DNA from: Balanoglossus misakiensis | Lineage: Eukaryota; Animalia; Hemichordata | DNA length: 64,000 bases | Direction of reading: 5' to 3' | Assembly: GCA_040954595.2 (NCBI GenBank) | Contig: CM082584.2 | Span: 9,691,061-9,755,060, forward strand | In this document: one piece after another, positions 13,831 to 27,400 of the stretch | Position numbering within the stretch: position 1 is the stretch's first letter | How the letters are laid out: every line of letters starts with the position of its first letter | The notes under the pieces: generated by a model | What the model was told of the DNA's origin: nothing | The model's input: the letters and a program-made list of their open reading frames with translations, nothing else | Databases searched by the model: none | Made by a program: the position numbers and the translations under genes

Positions 13831-15329
13831 ATGGCTTCAGCGATGACACAAAATGAACGCTACACGTTCTTCTGGAAAAGCCATTCTCCATTCAGCCAGT
13901 GGCACCATTCAGTATTTGACGTCGACGGCGTGAAATACACCTGTGCAGAGCAGTTCATGATGCACCGTAAAGCTGGTAAGTAAATTAGTGACTGCAGACA
14001 ACAGTCGTACTGGATTTGTTTATATAGTGTAACCAAGGTGATGGTTGTGAGCAAGGATGGATACTAAATAGCTTTTTCTCATTCCAGTCTTATTTGATGA
14101 CCCAGGAACAGCACAAGAAGTTCTAAGGACAGATGATCCCAAAAAGATGAAAGCCTTGGGCAGAAAAGTTCAGAACTTCAACCAGCAGCTTTGGGATGAC
14201 GCTTGCAAGGAAGTTGTCAAAGCTGGCAACTTGGCAAAAGTACGTCATCCATAATATTATCATTTGATAATGCAGTTTCTTTATACCACAATGGCATCAT
14301 GGCATGATCTCACACACTGATGATGTCATTGTTAGTGCAATATGTTAATAATATACAAGCATGACGAGTTGAATACATGACTAGCATCGATCATTGACTC
14401 TTGTACCTATTTATATAAAGCGAAACAAATGAGTTAGGGTCAGTTATTGTAGAGATAAATGTTGGTAGTGGTAAGTGACAAGTTAATAAACTCTTAACAT
14501 CGATCTGATTATTAAATATAATCTTTTTTCATCGTTTATTCAGTTTTCTCAAAACGAACACCTGAAGAAAAAGTTGTTTGCTACGGAGGGCACCACCTTG
14601 GCCGAAGCAAGTCCGCTGGATCGCATATGGGGCATAGGACTGGCAGCTGACAACCCGAAAGCCCAGCATAAGCGGCTGTGGAGGGGTAAAAATTTACTGG
14701 GCTACATTCTGACACAAGTTAGAGATGAGCTCATGCTTCAAGAAGCGAAGAAAATGAGCCTCAAAAATGGGAAGAAAGTACTGAAGCCAAAACATGACAG
14801 CGACCACAATGGACAGATTAAATACAGAGAGAAAAAACTCGGAGGGGACACCATCAAAATAGAAATTGATGTGAAACTTAGGTCTGGGGATCCTGACAGC
14901 GTTGATCAACATGGGGAAAATGAAAATGTGGGTGGTGATAGCGGCGATAATATGGAACAAGAATCAATTGAAAAAATTGAGGTCGTCGAGGATGCCCAAA
15001 GTAAGCAGGACAAATCTACATCAGAAGATGAAAAATCAGGAAATGAAATTGTGGACAACGAGGGGTTTGAGGGATCAGGAGAAATCGATGATGGCAGCAA
15101 TGGAGAAGCAAAAGCTGATGATCACCATGACAATGATGATAAAAAAGCTTTGGAGGGAGTATCCACTGAGAACAGCGATCTGGACGACAAACAGAAAAAT
15201 CCTGAGACACAGGAAAAAGAAGAGGGGGAGGAGGTTGAGGCAGGACAGAATGATGGTGCGGATGAAAATGCTGCAGCAGTGCAAGTGACCACTGAGGAAT
15301 CGACAAAACAGGAAAACTCTGATGATTAG
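13831..15329 (+). CDS. NADAR (YbiA/DUF1768) family hydrolase, copy 1, with long acidic C-terminal tail, 3 exons, ~360 aa
   Basis: Exons 13831-13975, 14088-14239, 14544-15329. Motifs: YTFFW..SPFSQW, YTCAEQFMMHRKA-LFDD, DPKKMKALGRKV, GNLAKFSQN, LAEASPLDRIWGIGL, WRGKNLLGYILTQVRDEL. Confidence 0.92.
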
Positions 15330-15808
15330 ATCAGAGAATGACACTGCAACGAGTGCACAATCTCTTTAATAAACTGTGGCAGCTGTACTGAATTTTGAGA
15401 ATTATATTTACAATTACTTTGATGTAAATTTGTAAAGAGAATAAATGATATATACAGGTATTGTTTCTGTGTCGTAACCCTTGGACCAGACTGTAGTAGG
15501 ACCTTTAGACTATAGTATGGCGTAAATTTGGCTAATAGCCAGACATATTGATCCACATACGTGCAAACCAGTGCACAAACGAAGCGTAGTTGACTTGCTG
15601 AATATGAGGGCGCTCTCTCCGTAACCGAGGGTCATGGGGTCATAATGGATTGCATGATGTTTGTGTCAGCAAGTTTCGTTTCCTTAGCTCCGCGACGTCA
15701 GCTATTGCTGAGCTGAGTAACTCTTTCACCTTTCTACGTAGTATGCGAATAGTTCTTCATTTACAGTATACCGTATTTGCCGCTACAGTAGTAGAAAGAG
15801 GCGTCGTT

Positions 15809-17240
15809 ATGGGCCGACGTAAAGCAACAACAACAACAACAGCATCGTCGCCGTCGTCTGCTGCTGAGGACCAAGCCAAAAACTACACATTCTTTTGGAA
15901 GATCCAGTCACCTTTCAGTCAGTGGTATCCAGCCAAATTTGTTGCGGATGGCGTAGAGTATTCCTGTGCCGAACAGTACATGATGCATCAAAAAGCAGGT
16001 ATAAACCCGTGCGTGAAGTATACTTTGGGAAAAGTTTACACTGTACTGATTGCTGTGAACCGTTATCTGAGGACTCCCTAGCCTGGGAACTCTGTGAACC
16101 TTTAGCTGAGGACCCCCTAGCCTGGGAACTCTGTGAACCTTAATCTGAGGACTCCCTAGCCTAGGAACTCTGTGAACCTTTAGCTAAGGACCCCCTAGCC
16201 TCATAGCGAAACTTGACTTGGCCCACTGTTGAGCTGAGATCCAACAGACTCAGAGCTTGGCTAGGAGCTGCTGATTCATTTTCAACATCTAGTTCCAAGA
16301 ACTATATTAACAATGCCATTCGGGTCACATCAGCAGGTCACACCCGGATATGTTGTAAAGCTTTTTTTCTTTCACTACAGAGGGACACATTTTTCTCCAC
16401 TAATTGTCAATATTAATGCACAATTGTTAAGAAATCAAATTATCCGGATACCTGGATCCATGATGAAATGAATTTAATTTTGATTAATTTTATTTGTCCA
16501 TATCCAGTGTTGTTCCATGATGAAGAAATGGCCAAGAAGATCCTGAAAACTGACAAACCCAAGGCAATGAAGGCGTTCGGACGGAAAGTCAAGAACTTCG
16601 ATGTTGGCCTATGGAATGCTCGGTGTAGGGATATTGTGAAGAAAGGAAACATGGCCAAGGTATCAACTGAGCTTATCTCTAGTATAATCAGTGAACTCTA
16701 CATCCAGTATGCCCGTTGTTAGATTCATTTTCTGAGATGCATGCAGTGAGGATATGTGTTGTTTCAGTTTTCATGGAATTCAGCGTTTTAGTTAAAACAA
16801 AGCCAATTGTAAGTAACTGCTCCAGAATGATCAAAATGTGCTTTTTGTCCTCACAGTTTGCTCAGAATTCAGAGCTGAAGGCCAAGCTGTTTGCGACCAA
16901 GCCCACGGTCATGGTCGAGGCCAGTCCCAGGGACCGCGTGTGGGGTATAGGACTGAGCGCCAGCAATCCCAAGGCGTGGAGGGAAGAAACCTGGCGGGGA
17001 AAGAACTGGCTGGGTTACGCGCTGACCGAGGTGAGAGACGAACTTATGGCTGGAGGTAGAGCGACGACCAGTGGAGTTGGCGAAGCACTGTCAGAGAAAC
17101 GAAGTGCGCCGAAACAGGATGAGATTGAAACCGCACAGAAACAGGACGGACCTGAAAACGTGGAGACTGCTAAAGTTGCTGAAACAGTAGAAAACAAAAC
17201 TGATGCCACACAAGTGGATGAAGAAACTTCACCATCATAG
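15809..17240 (+). CDS. NADAR (YbiA/DUF1768) family hydrolase, copy 2, 3 exons, ~241 aa
   Basis: Exons 15809-15998, 16508-16659, 16857-17240, with the same intron positions and phases as copy 1 (152-nt middle exon in both). Motifs: YTFFWKIQSPFSQW, YSCAEQYMMHQKA, KAFGRKV, VEASPRDRVWGIGL, WRGKNWLGYALTEVRDEL. Confidence 0.92.
16053..16201 (+). repeat. 39-bp minisatellite, ~3.8 copies, in NADAR-2 intron 1
   Basis: Unit CTGTGAACCTTTAGCTGAGGACCCCCTAGCCTGGGAACT starts at 16053, 16092, 16131 and 16170. Confidence 0.92.
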
Positions 17241-18415
17241 AGAAGAGCTGAGCTTCCACTGATAAAGCTGGATGAGCTGAATGAATCAGACTACGAACTA
17301 CAATACACATGCCAGACAGCATACCAGCATGAATACTCTCTAAACATTTTGTTGATGCTTTTCTCAGTACATAACTGGAGGCTGAGTTAAATTTTGATCA
17401 TAGATTACAATTTATAGTTACATGTATTCAGATTTAAAAATAAATATATTTAAATAAATACTGCATTTTGACTATTAACAAATGTTTGCACGATTTTTTG
17501 GCTGAAACAGACTTACCAATTTGCCAGTCATCTCCACCGCCATTAGAAGATATAATGCATCCCACCACTGAGGGCGATACACACGGTTGGTATAACTACA
17601 AGTCAAAACACATAGAGCTACCCACCATCACCACAGCCCAACAGGAATTTCAAATTGTTTATAAAATTTTTATTATATTTCAATAGTTGTGTCATAAATA
17701 CGTGATAATGTCGACAGTGAAACACCATTTCTGTCCTTTGTAGACATCCATAGAATAAATATTCTGAATACCACATACCATGGTACTTCATGCACTTCAC
17801 CTGGCATGGCATGCCCCACTGGGAAGTTCAGCCGTAAAGAAATATTGATGATATTCAGGATAGAATTTCATATGTGCATACACAACAAGTAAATCTGTTG
17901 TAACAAGACAAATTGCATGATTTATGATCTAATTGTCTCATTTGCACTATGATCTCCGCAGGCACTTCAGATGTAAAAGGTTTGAAAAACTGTACATGGC
18001 AATATGAAATGCTTTGGCTTCATAAATACATTATTTGACATTACTTAAACATAATGCAGCAAGGATTTCTTCACTGGACTTAATATTCCAATAGAACACT
18101 GACCCTGTACTTTTAACTTTGTCTATCAAAACTAGAATTTCAGCTTAACTATATTAGAAGAAAATAAATACATGCAGCGCGTACAATTAAATACCTTTAA
18201 GACGTACATATAAAATATGAAAGTTTATAAAAATAAAAATTAAGACTAACAAGATAGAAAACTATGTATAATAAAAGTTTAGATGATTAATTTTTTTTCA
18301 AATATTGGACCAAATTATAGGAAGAAAAATGTTGTGAAAATAATAAAGGAATAGCTATAACAGTTTATGTACAGAAAATTATTTTTCGGCAAATATTTTT
18401 TCAGTCACATTTTTG

Positions 18416-21400
18416 CTAAGGGGGTGGAATAACACACACGAAAGGGGCAACTGGATCGTCGCATAGCTTGTCTTGCCATTTTAACTTTTGACCCAGCAGT
18501 GCACAGTTCTTGTTGGTATCAGGGCCGTGTTTCGGACTTCCCTTCTTCCAGTGTGTGAAGGTCAAGGGCATGCCGTCCACCCACTCCCATTGGTCCTCCA
18601 TGTACTTGTCGTTCAGACCTGACGAATGAGAATGTGAAGGTCAGTGCGATTTTTCAGTTGAATTTCACAGAATCTGAAATATTGTCTGCAAGATGGTTCC
18701 TGCAGAAGCCGACAGCCTTGATGGGAGTTTCTGATTTCTTTCCACATCACAGAACATTCTACAAGACTCTGTTTTCTTTTCTGTATAAAAAGCTGAATCA
18801 TAAGGGAAGCACAAAATGAAAATAAACAGCGCGGGAGTATATGTCATGAAGGTCGCAGCCATGATTGATGAGAAGTGACTAATGAATTCCCCGCTATTAA
18901 AACTGATAGCAGCTGTTTGCCATCAATCAGAGCCACAGTGACGGGGCAACTTGACTCCGGGATGGCACTGGGTGTGTGTATAAACACACACAGGGTTCAG
19001 TGGAACAGTGACCTGGAGATCGCATCATACTAAAACATTAGGTTTGTCCTCGTCCCACCAACTCTCCTCACAAATTCTGCACACATACCTATCCAGACTG
19101 GCCTTCCACCAGCAAACACCCACAGCCAATCCTGGTCTTCTTTGCTGCTAACGCTTGCAAGATTGGCGTTGTATCTGTGGACATAAAAATACAATCAGCA
19201 TCTCTCTGGCTTTAGGACTAGTACTGCCACATGTCTAAGGTCGAATAAAGTCTTGCAACCAGTCTATATCCAAAGGTTTGGTCATATTATGTATTTTTGT
19301 CATTTTCTTTCTTGTTTCAGGCTATAATTCAGGCTGAATTTAAACTACTAACTCAAACAATGTCCCTAACACATAGATTACTCACTGTTCTTTACACATT
19401 CGCTGTGCTGCGTTCCACGTTTTCTCACCCTTACCAACTTTGTAACATAGCTGATTATGATGAGTCCAACCTGTACAGATACAAAGAAAAAATAAATCAT
19501 GTGTTTGTAAGAGAAATATTACTTTTAATTATACAATCTGTTTTCATTCCTGACACAAAATTGTGACGGTTGAGTTTGTTTCTATTAATGGTCTCCGTAT
19601 GTAAGAATAATATCGACAAAATGGGCTGCAGATTGGCACAGTGGCAGTTAAGAATCCATTCCATGCAAATACATTTACAATCTCTCATCCACTCTGCATT
19701 TTTGCATTCACCTTTCATGCAAGGATTTGCCTTCTCCCTGTTGCTGTCCGACTCCGTCCATTCTTTCCAGCTGTTGCCGTCACAACGATAGAGTTTTCCG
19801 GACGAACTGTCAACATGCAGCAGTCCCTCTGCTGATTGGTCACACCGCGATGGCAGTGATCGCTGTCAATCAAAGGTCAATTTTTAATTAAGCAAAAAGA
19901 AAATTAAGAGTCAGATTATGTGAATGGATATCATACGCTCTATTCAACAAAGCTCTATGTACTAGTATACTGCAGGTTTTCTTTTAAAATAACACACACG
20001 GTAGTCTAAAATGCTTCCTGTAATAGTAACACTGGCCGCTTTACCTGTGTGTTATCAACTTCAACTGGGGGACTGGGGGAAGACTCGCTCTCGCCTACTA
20101 CGAGACCAGTTGATGCAAAAACGCTGCCCTCAATAAAATCTGGCGGTCGGTCTTTTGTCTTCACCGGTATAATGCTATGTTGCTGCTCAAACATGAAGAA
20201 ACAAAGAAATACGACAAAATGTTACAATTCGTTTTAAACTATTATAATTTACTTTTTCTTATAAAACAAGCTATTGGACAGGGAAAAATGTTAGGCATCA
20301 CCAAAGCCAACTTACCCGCCACACGGTTGTGGACTCATTTTTCCAGATGACCTGGGAGGAGACCTGAGCTCTGTTGTCAACTACCGATTCAAAGATGTAT
20401 CCAGAATCACTACCGTCACTATTAGCAACCAACTCACTCTCAACGTTGCCATGGATCATGTTAGGGTACCTGTCTTCATCACAAACACCTGGAAAAAAAA
20501 TGTTTGCAATAGTCAGCCAGCTAGGAATGCAATTGTCTGGGAGTTACTATTGTTTTACCTTATGCACACGTGACAGTAAAATTGTATACTAGTTAAAAAG
20601 TCCAGGCTATTCAAGTTTTAATACCCATTTATATTCAGTTGCTCTGCACTCACCATTTTTTGCATCCACAATGACCACAGCTGCTTTGACGTTCTCGCCC
20701 AGCAAAGCGTTGATCGGTGATTTTAAGGACACCCTGAATTTCTCCTCGTCCTCCTCCAACCCGTCATCTACGATCGTCACACTCCAGGTTACCATGGATA
20801 CACCCGGATCAAACTGGATCTGTTCAGTTCTGCTGGGAACGAAGTCCTCCGTCTTCTTCGCTGTGAGTTCCTTGATCTTCATAGTCACAAACGACGACTG
20901 CGCCAAGTATCCAGCACGCAGGACGCTCAAACTCAGTGTGCCGATATTTTCACACACGGTGTATTCTGGTCTTCTGAACTGAACAGTGGTCCAATGGAAG
21001 TCAAACCTACATGAAAGGATGCAAAATTAGTGTTTTTATGATCATTACAACTTGTCCCTAGCTGCTATATATACCTGGGTACAGTTCCCACTGGACTGTC
21101 AATGTGTCATGATATACAGTAGTCAAGACTTAGGAGGTTTGAATGGACAATTCTGTGCAGTACCAAGTCTGTCATTAAAGACTCACCTTTGACCTCGGAG
21201 GATATTGCCATGCGAGTCGTGAACCTCGAACAGGAAACTATCATTGGTCTGCTTAGCTTCCTCACTGAGAACAAATGCCACGTTTCTTTCGTTGATGTCT
21301 TGCTGAGTGAAAGTCTGGTGTATCATTTCCCGAGTTGGTACATCCTCCAGGTAACCATGGATTGGTTGCCTGGTAACGACATAAACAAGCCCCTCGTCCA

Positions 21401-24400
21401 ATGTGTCTCTGTCTTCTGCCTTTAAATTTCTGTTTGTTAAGATGTTGGCGTGGTGACCGTTATAGTCGTCCAAAGTTGTTGTGGGGACATTGTTGACTAT
21501 GTACGGAGCTTCTGTATCCATGGTGTTGATGTTGATCTGCATTGTGACTGGCTCGTAACGAACCAGTCCGTCCACGAGAAATCCGGCGTTGGTGCTGTCG
21601 GTCGCGGTGAACGAGAATCTGTCGACCGACGACCGTCCGCCGTCTTGTTTGTACATGATCTGGTAATTGTCCACATCCTCCTGTGTGAACTTCTGGTGGA
21701 CCGGTTCTCCCAGCTTCACGATGTGTCCGTACACGGGTGGCGAGGTGATGATGTAGGTCAGAGATCGGACATCGCTGTCAGGGTCGACGAGTTTGAGATC
21801 GTCTTCCGTCAGAAGCCTGGCAGCGCCCTCGTTGAGCTCGATCGCCTCCACCATACTCAGTGTCGGCAGAGCGTCGTCGACGGAATGAACTTTGATGGCC
21901 AGCGTGCCGCGCACGGACGTCAGACCGTTGGTCACCACGAAACCCACGCTGTCCCCGTCAACTCCGTTCTTTTTGGTGTGCTTGTAGATAACCCTGTGCC
22001 CGGCCAAGTCTAGTTGCGTGAAACTGGTGATGGGCATTTCTGGATGAGCAATGTCCTCCACCTGTCCTTCAGAAGGTGCCTCCACTACGGTGAAGACGAG
22101 CTCGTCCAACTGGTTGGTGTTGTCGAATGCGGACAGAACATCGGGCGTGATAACCACAAAATCCCCTTCTCTGACTTCAACCCCTTCGTTGATAATCTCA
22201 ATGTCGTCTTTTCTCGTTTGGAGAATCTCGATATCAAAACTCTCAGGTGCAGTGGTATGCTTGCCATCTGAGAGAACAAAACGAATCTTGTCGTTGCCCT
22301 TTGACCCCAGCTGGCTGGTGTGGATGTAGCGCACTAAATTTAAGTTGACGTCCTGCTGGGTGAAGTTCATGAACTCCTCCAGGACTTCCCATTTGGGCAA
22401 CTGGCCAGGGTGCGTCCTTTTCACTTGAAGAAGCCCACGCTTCGGCAAGCTTTGTAGGATGAAAAACACTTTTTCGTCTCGAGTGTCGGCATCGGTTGCC
22501 ATGAGCAACATGTTTGAAATGATCCTGCTCTCCTGCATATTGATAGTCATTCCCACATTTTTCACCAGGATTGGCGGTTCGTCGTTCATGGGAACAACAG
22601 TGACGGAGACAGTCTTCCGTACCGTGTGCCGGCCGTCTGTCAGGCGCAACGAGAACTCGTCAGATGTGCTTTCCGATCCATCGTGATGATACACTAATTC
22701 CATGGAATTTCTGAACGCGTCCAGCGTGAAGTCGTGGAGCAGTGCCGCGGGGTTGTCGGTGCTTCTCCGGTGCCGGCCCCTCATGTCCATGATCTCGCCG
22801 TGCCTGGGTGGCCGACTGATGGAGAAGATCAGAGTCTCCTTCGGGATGTCCATATCGACCGCGTTGAGCATCGTCTCATCGAGTCTGTACACAGCACCCT
22901 CGTTGAGCATGATGTCAGCACTGATCAGATTTGGCACTTCGTCGTTTACAGGGGAGATGATCACGGACACGGTGACCTGCGGCGAGGTGTTCTTGCCGTC
23001 GGTCGCGTAGACGACGAACTGGTCCGAAGTCGGTTCCACCCCCTCGTGTATGGACTGCACGTAGTTCACGCTCCCGTCGAGAACGTCTTGGAACTGAAAC
23101 GACAAGACGGCTTTTCCGGCGTTGCTTTTCTCGTGACCGGGCGACGGTCGCACGTTCTCCAGGAATCCCCAGCGGGGCTGCTGCACGAGGATGATGCCGA
23201 TATTTCCCGGAGAGGTGTCAGCGTCGTCGACGCGCAAAACGCCCGTTGTCACCGTCGCCTGGCCGGCCTCCGCCACCACGAAAATATCTCCCAGTATCAG
23301 GACAGGTGGGCGGTTGTCCACCGGCAGAATTGTCACGTTGACGTCATGCAGCGGTAAACTGCCGATGCGGGGGATGCGCTGATCAGAGACTACGAACGAA
23401 ATGCCGTCGTGAATGGCACCGGCGCCAATCTCCCCGCTGACATGCGTGTATGTTATCCGACCATCTACGACATCCTGTTGTGTGAACTCCGTCACCACCA
23501 CCGAACTCCTCTGCACCATTCCCTTGGTGGGAGGGTTGACAATGATGAACCTCAGCGCCATGTCATCGGTGTCCTTGTCCACGGCTGCCAGAACGGCTGG
23601 TGACAGAGTTATACTTCCTCCCTCTGGAACAGAGACCCGTGTGTCTAAGCCATCCCTCAGGCGTGGAGGTTCATCATCCACAGGCAGGACATTGATGAGT
23701 ATTTCTTTAACGGTAGACTGGATGCCATCAGTGACACTCAACACAAAAGTATCTCGATCAATATCTGACCCATCATGATTGTACCTGAAACAATAAATAT
23801 GTGGTTATTGAACTCAATTGGCAGTTTTGTAAAGAGTGCAACAAATATTCCAAATGGGAATGGCATTATACTATAGCACTGACATACTCAACTGGATGTG
23901 TTCAAGGGAATTACTGCATACCTACCTGACACGGTAGCTATTGACATCATCCATGGTGAAAGTATCACCAGCTTTCATGAGGGTGTTGACTTTTTCAATG
24001 GTGCCGTGTCTTGGCAGGGTCTGAAGAATCAGAGTGAGATCCTCGATATCCGTGTCCTGATCAGTTGTGGCCAGCACGGACGAACCCAAGACCAACGACT
24101 GCCCCTCTTTGACGACCATCCGCACGGTGTACACGATGGGCGCTCGGTTGTTCACAGGGAGTATCGTCACGTTGAGCACCTGCCCGAGGACGGTGTTTCC
24201 GAACGGGTCGCTGACTGAGAAGATGAACTGCACCTGTCGGGCTTTCCGGCCGATGTCGCCGAACGGCGGCATGTAGGCCACCTTCCGGTGGTTCACTTGG
24301 TGCTGGGTGAAGCTCCGGATGGGGAGGATGCGCGGGTCCTTCTCCGGAGCCGTGAGGTTCTCCGCGGAGAATATCCGCCCCGCGTCGGTCAGACTGTGAG

Positions 24401-27400
24401 TGTCCACGAAGTACGGCGGGGTGGTCACCGTGTAGACCAGCTTGGTGTCGTCCGACTCCACGTCCGTGTATTCCAAGTGTCTCTTCTCGATGTACACGAT
24501 GTCGGTTTCTAAGACCCGGAGGGACCGCATCCGCCCCCTCACCGGACGCGGCTGGAGATCGTCCACCGGACGGATGGTGATGATGACCGACTCCTCTCCC
24601 GACTGGTTTGGAGGCACGTGGCCGTCGGTCAGCACGAAGTCGAACGAATCCACAAACTGCTCGTGGCCAAGATGGCGGTAGTAAATCAGTCCGTCAAACA
24701 AATCTTTCTGGGTGAATTTTTCCACCGGGTGCCCGTACGGCTGCCAGGGATATTTTCTGACGATCTCCCCGGCAGTCGGTGATTTGATGATGTTGTACGT
24801 GATGTAGTCATCACTGGAGTCCGTGTCGGATGCCTGCAGTGTATTTTTCCTGAGTTGTACAATGTCCCCTTCGTTCAGCTCAAAGCCAACATTCCTGATC
24901 AGAAACGGTGGGCTGTCATCCTTCGGAAGAACGCTTATTGGGAAAGTCAGTCTGGAGCTGTGAAATCCATCCGTCACCCGCAGCTCTATGCTGTCTTTTG
25001 TCGAGTCGCTGTCGTCATGGTAATACGTAATTGCCCCGTTCTTCAAATCATTCGGGGTGAACATGATGGCCGGTCTGTTGTTGACTTTCATCGTACCGTG
25101 GTTCAAGCCACCGACGATGATGAGCCTGACGTTCTGTAAGTTGTCGTTGTCGACGACTTGCAAGTGCTCCAGTGTGATCGGCCGTGACTGACCTTCCAGC
25201 AGGGTCAGACCGGTGTTCAGGGAAATCCTCGGTGCTTTGGTCGATGCCGGTCTGACCGCCAACATCAACATGATGGGTTCGCTGATTTCAAAGTAGCTGT
25301 CGTACACCGTCAGTTCTACGTTGAACACTCTGCGTTCGGGATAACTCGTATTCGGCGGCTTGTAGGCGATGTTGAAGTCGTTGATGTCGTTCTGGGTGAA
25401 GGAGCCGACCGCCTGGGAGAGGTCGTCCAGATGGACAATCTCCCCCTGGCCGCTCTGCAGAGGCGTGGATACGTTGAAGACCAGCTTGGCGTCGTGCGTC
25501 TCTTCGTCCTGCGCCGACAGCACGAACGGCGTGATGGTCGTGAGAACGAACTGGTCGGCGTCCAGCAGCAACATACTTATGAACGACACCTGCGGTCTCT
25601 GATTCTTGAATCCGGGGAGAATGCGCACGGGGAGGTGGATCCTCTCGACGTACTCCTTGTAACCGTCCAACGGGTCCACGACCTGGACGGTCAAGGCCAC
25701 GTAGACCACGTCCGGCGAGGGCGGGATCAGATGCTCGTATCGGATTCCCATGCTCAGGAACTCCTCACAGTTCACGTTCAGGAAGCGGATGACAGTTCTG
25801 TCGTCGCCGTCCCCCTGAACCAGCTGCCCGCTCTGCGGGAGCTGATCCAGCACTAACGAGAACCGCACGGAGCAGGACGCGTTGACCACCCGGTTGTACA
25901 TGAACTCCACGACATTCCGGCCGATGGGCTCGGAAAATCCCTGAAACTCGTCCACAGTGATGGGAGCCACGGGATAGAAGACTTTGTACGGCGCGTCTTT
26001 TTCGATTGTAATCTTCAAATCGAATGTCTGCGAATACGTGTGGCTGTCGGTCAGCCTGTAGACTTTGAGTCTGACCACATCATAGTCCAGTAACGGAGAT
26101 CCACTGTGTCTGTATTTCACAGTCTTTGGATAAAACTGACAGTTGAAAACCTGGGTGGGAAAAGAGAATGAGAAAGATGTGTAAATAATGTAAATTTTTC
26201 AGCTATATTTTTCTTAACTCTATACATGTATGTAACTTCTTTTTTTCTTTCTCGGTATAACCCTCGGCCAAATAAGAAGTAATTAGTCCCAGCAGATGCA
26301 GTAACTCCTCTCTTTGGCCTGCACATACACACTGAAAAGAATCTGTCTGCATGGATAACAATAACATTAACTCGGTCACTTGGGTAAACTTTGTGAAAAA
26401 GATTTGAATGAGCCGGACTAAAATCTTTCCCTCTAATGGAATCCACTTGAGAGACTTCCTCGAGCAAATCATTCCTTTTCTTTCAGCGCAGACCCAGGGC
26501 TTTTGAATCCGTCTGTTGGCTCAAAGACAAGTGGCGCAAGTTCCCCTCTTTCCTTTCAGATTGCATAATTGCTTGTACAAAAGCCCAGAAGCTTTTTCGG
26601 AGGCTTAGCACGTCAGTGTAATATGCCGCAACATCACGCTAACAATGCCCGCCTCTGTATTGCGTGCTTTGAAATGTCAATGCACAAATCTGGAAGATAC
26701 AACTGAATTGTTTGCCCTGTGGGTTTTGCACTGAGACCTTCACCTGTTTGACTGCTATAGGTACTGACTGTGTGGGGGTTGACTTGCGGCCAGCGTTATT
26801 TGATATCCACGGACCAAAACTAATTCTGGTGGGAAATACCCTACAGCGAAAAAGACTAGCATATATATTTATTACATCCTGCATGCCTTTCAGAGTTAGT
26901 TACTTTTCAAACATTTTAGCTCCATTGGTGTCACTGAACGCCAAAGCATGCTGACTTCAAATGGAGGATTTTTATTGCAGGTGCCAAGACTTTTAACCAC
27001 TACAAAATGGGACAGGTATCAGTACTAGCTCAGACTGCCTGAAAATGAATCTGCCGGAAGTTCTCGCCAATCCTATACTGCAAACAGGTTTACAAAAATG
27101 TAATTTCTTTCAACACATTCGGCCGACGCCGCACTTCTTTTATCAGGAGAACCTAAGAGTATAAACTTTACTTTTATCATCAGAACCGATAATGAGGCCC
27201 GTCTAATGGATATCAGGGCATTTGCATTCCAATAGGGTCCATGGGGAAGGCCAAACAATCCCATGGTGGCTGGTCTTACTAATGAATTAACTGGGCTTGT
27301 TTAAACATACTGCCACTCCCAACACACAGATGAGAGCGGCTGAGAAACAAAAGGATGAAAATTGACTACAGTGGTTTTGCTGTTCCTCCGCCAAGCGATT

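Noticed and set aside
16053-16201. CRISPR-like array
   Set aside because: Contiguous tandem units with no unique spacers, inside a eukaryotic intron, and no cas genes.
13831-17240. Bacterial contamination or very recent horizontal transfer of NADAR
   Set aside because: Both copies have canonical spliceosomal introns at shared positions and sit among animal genes. An ancient transfer is not excluded.
21189-25856. Many long plus-strand ORFs opposite FREM1, and similar antisense ORFs over the NLR, ST8Sia and GT31 genes
   Set aside because: Shadow ORFs caused by GC-rich codon usage of the real genes; they show no recognisable motifs.
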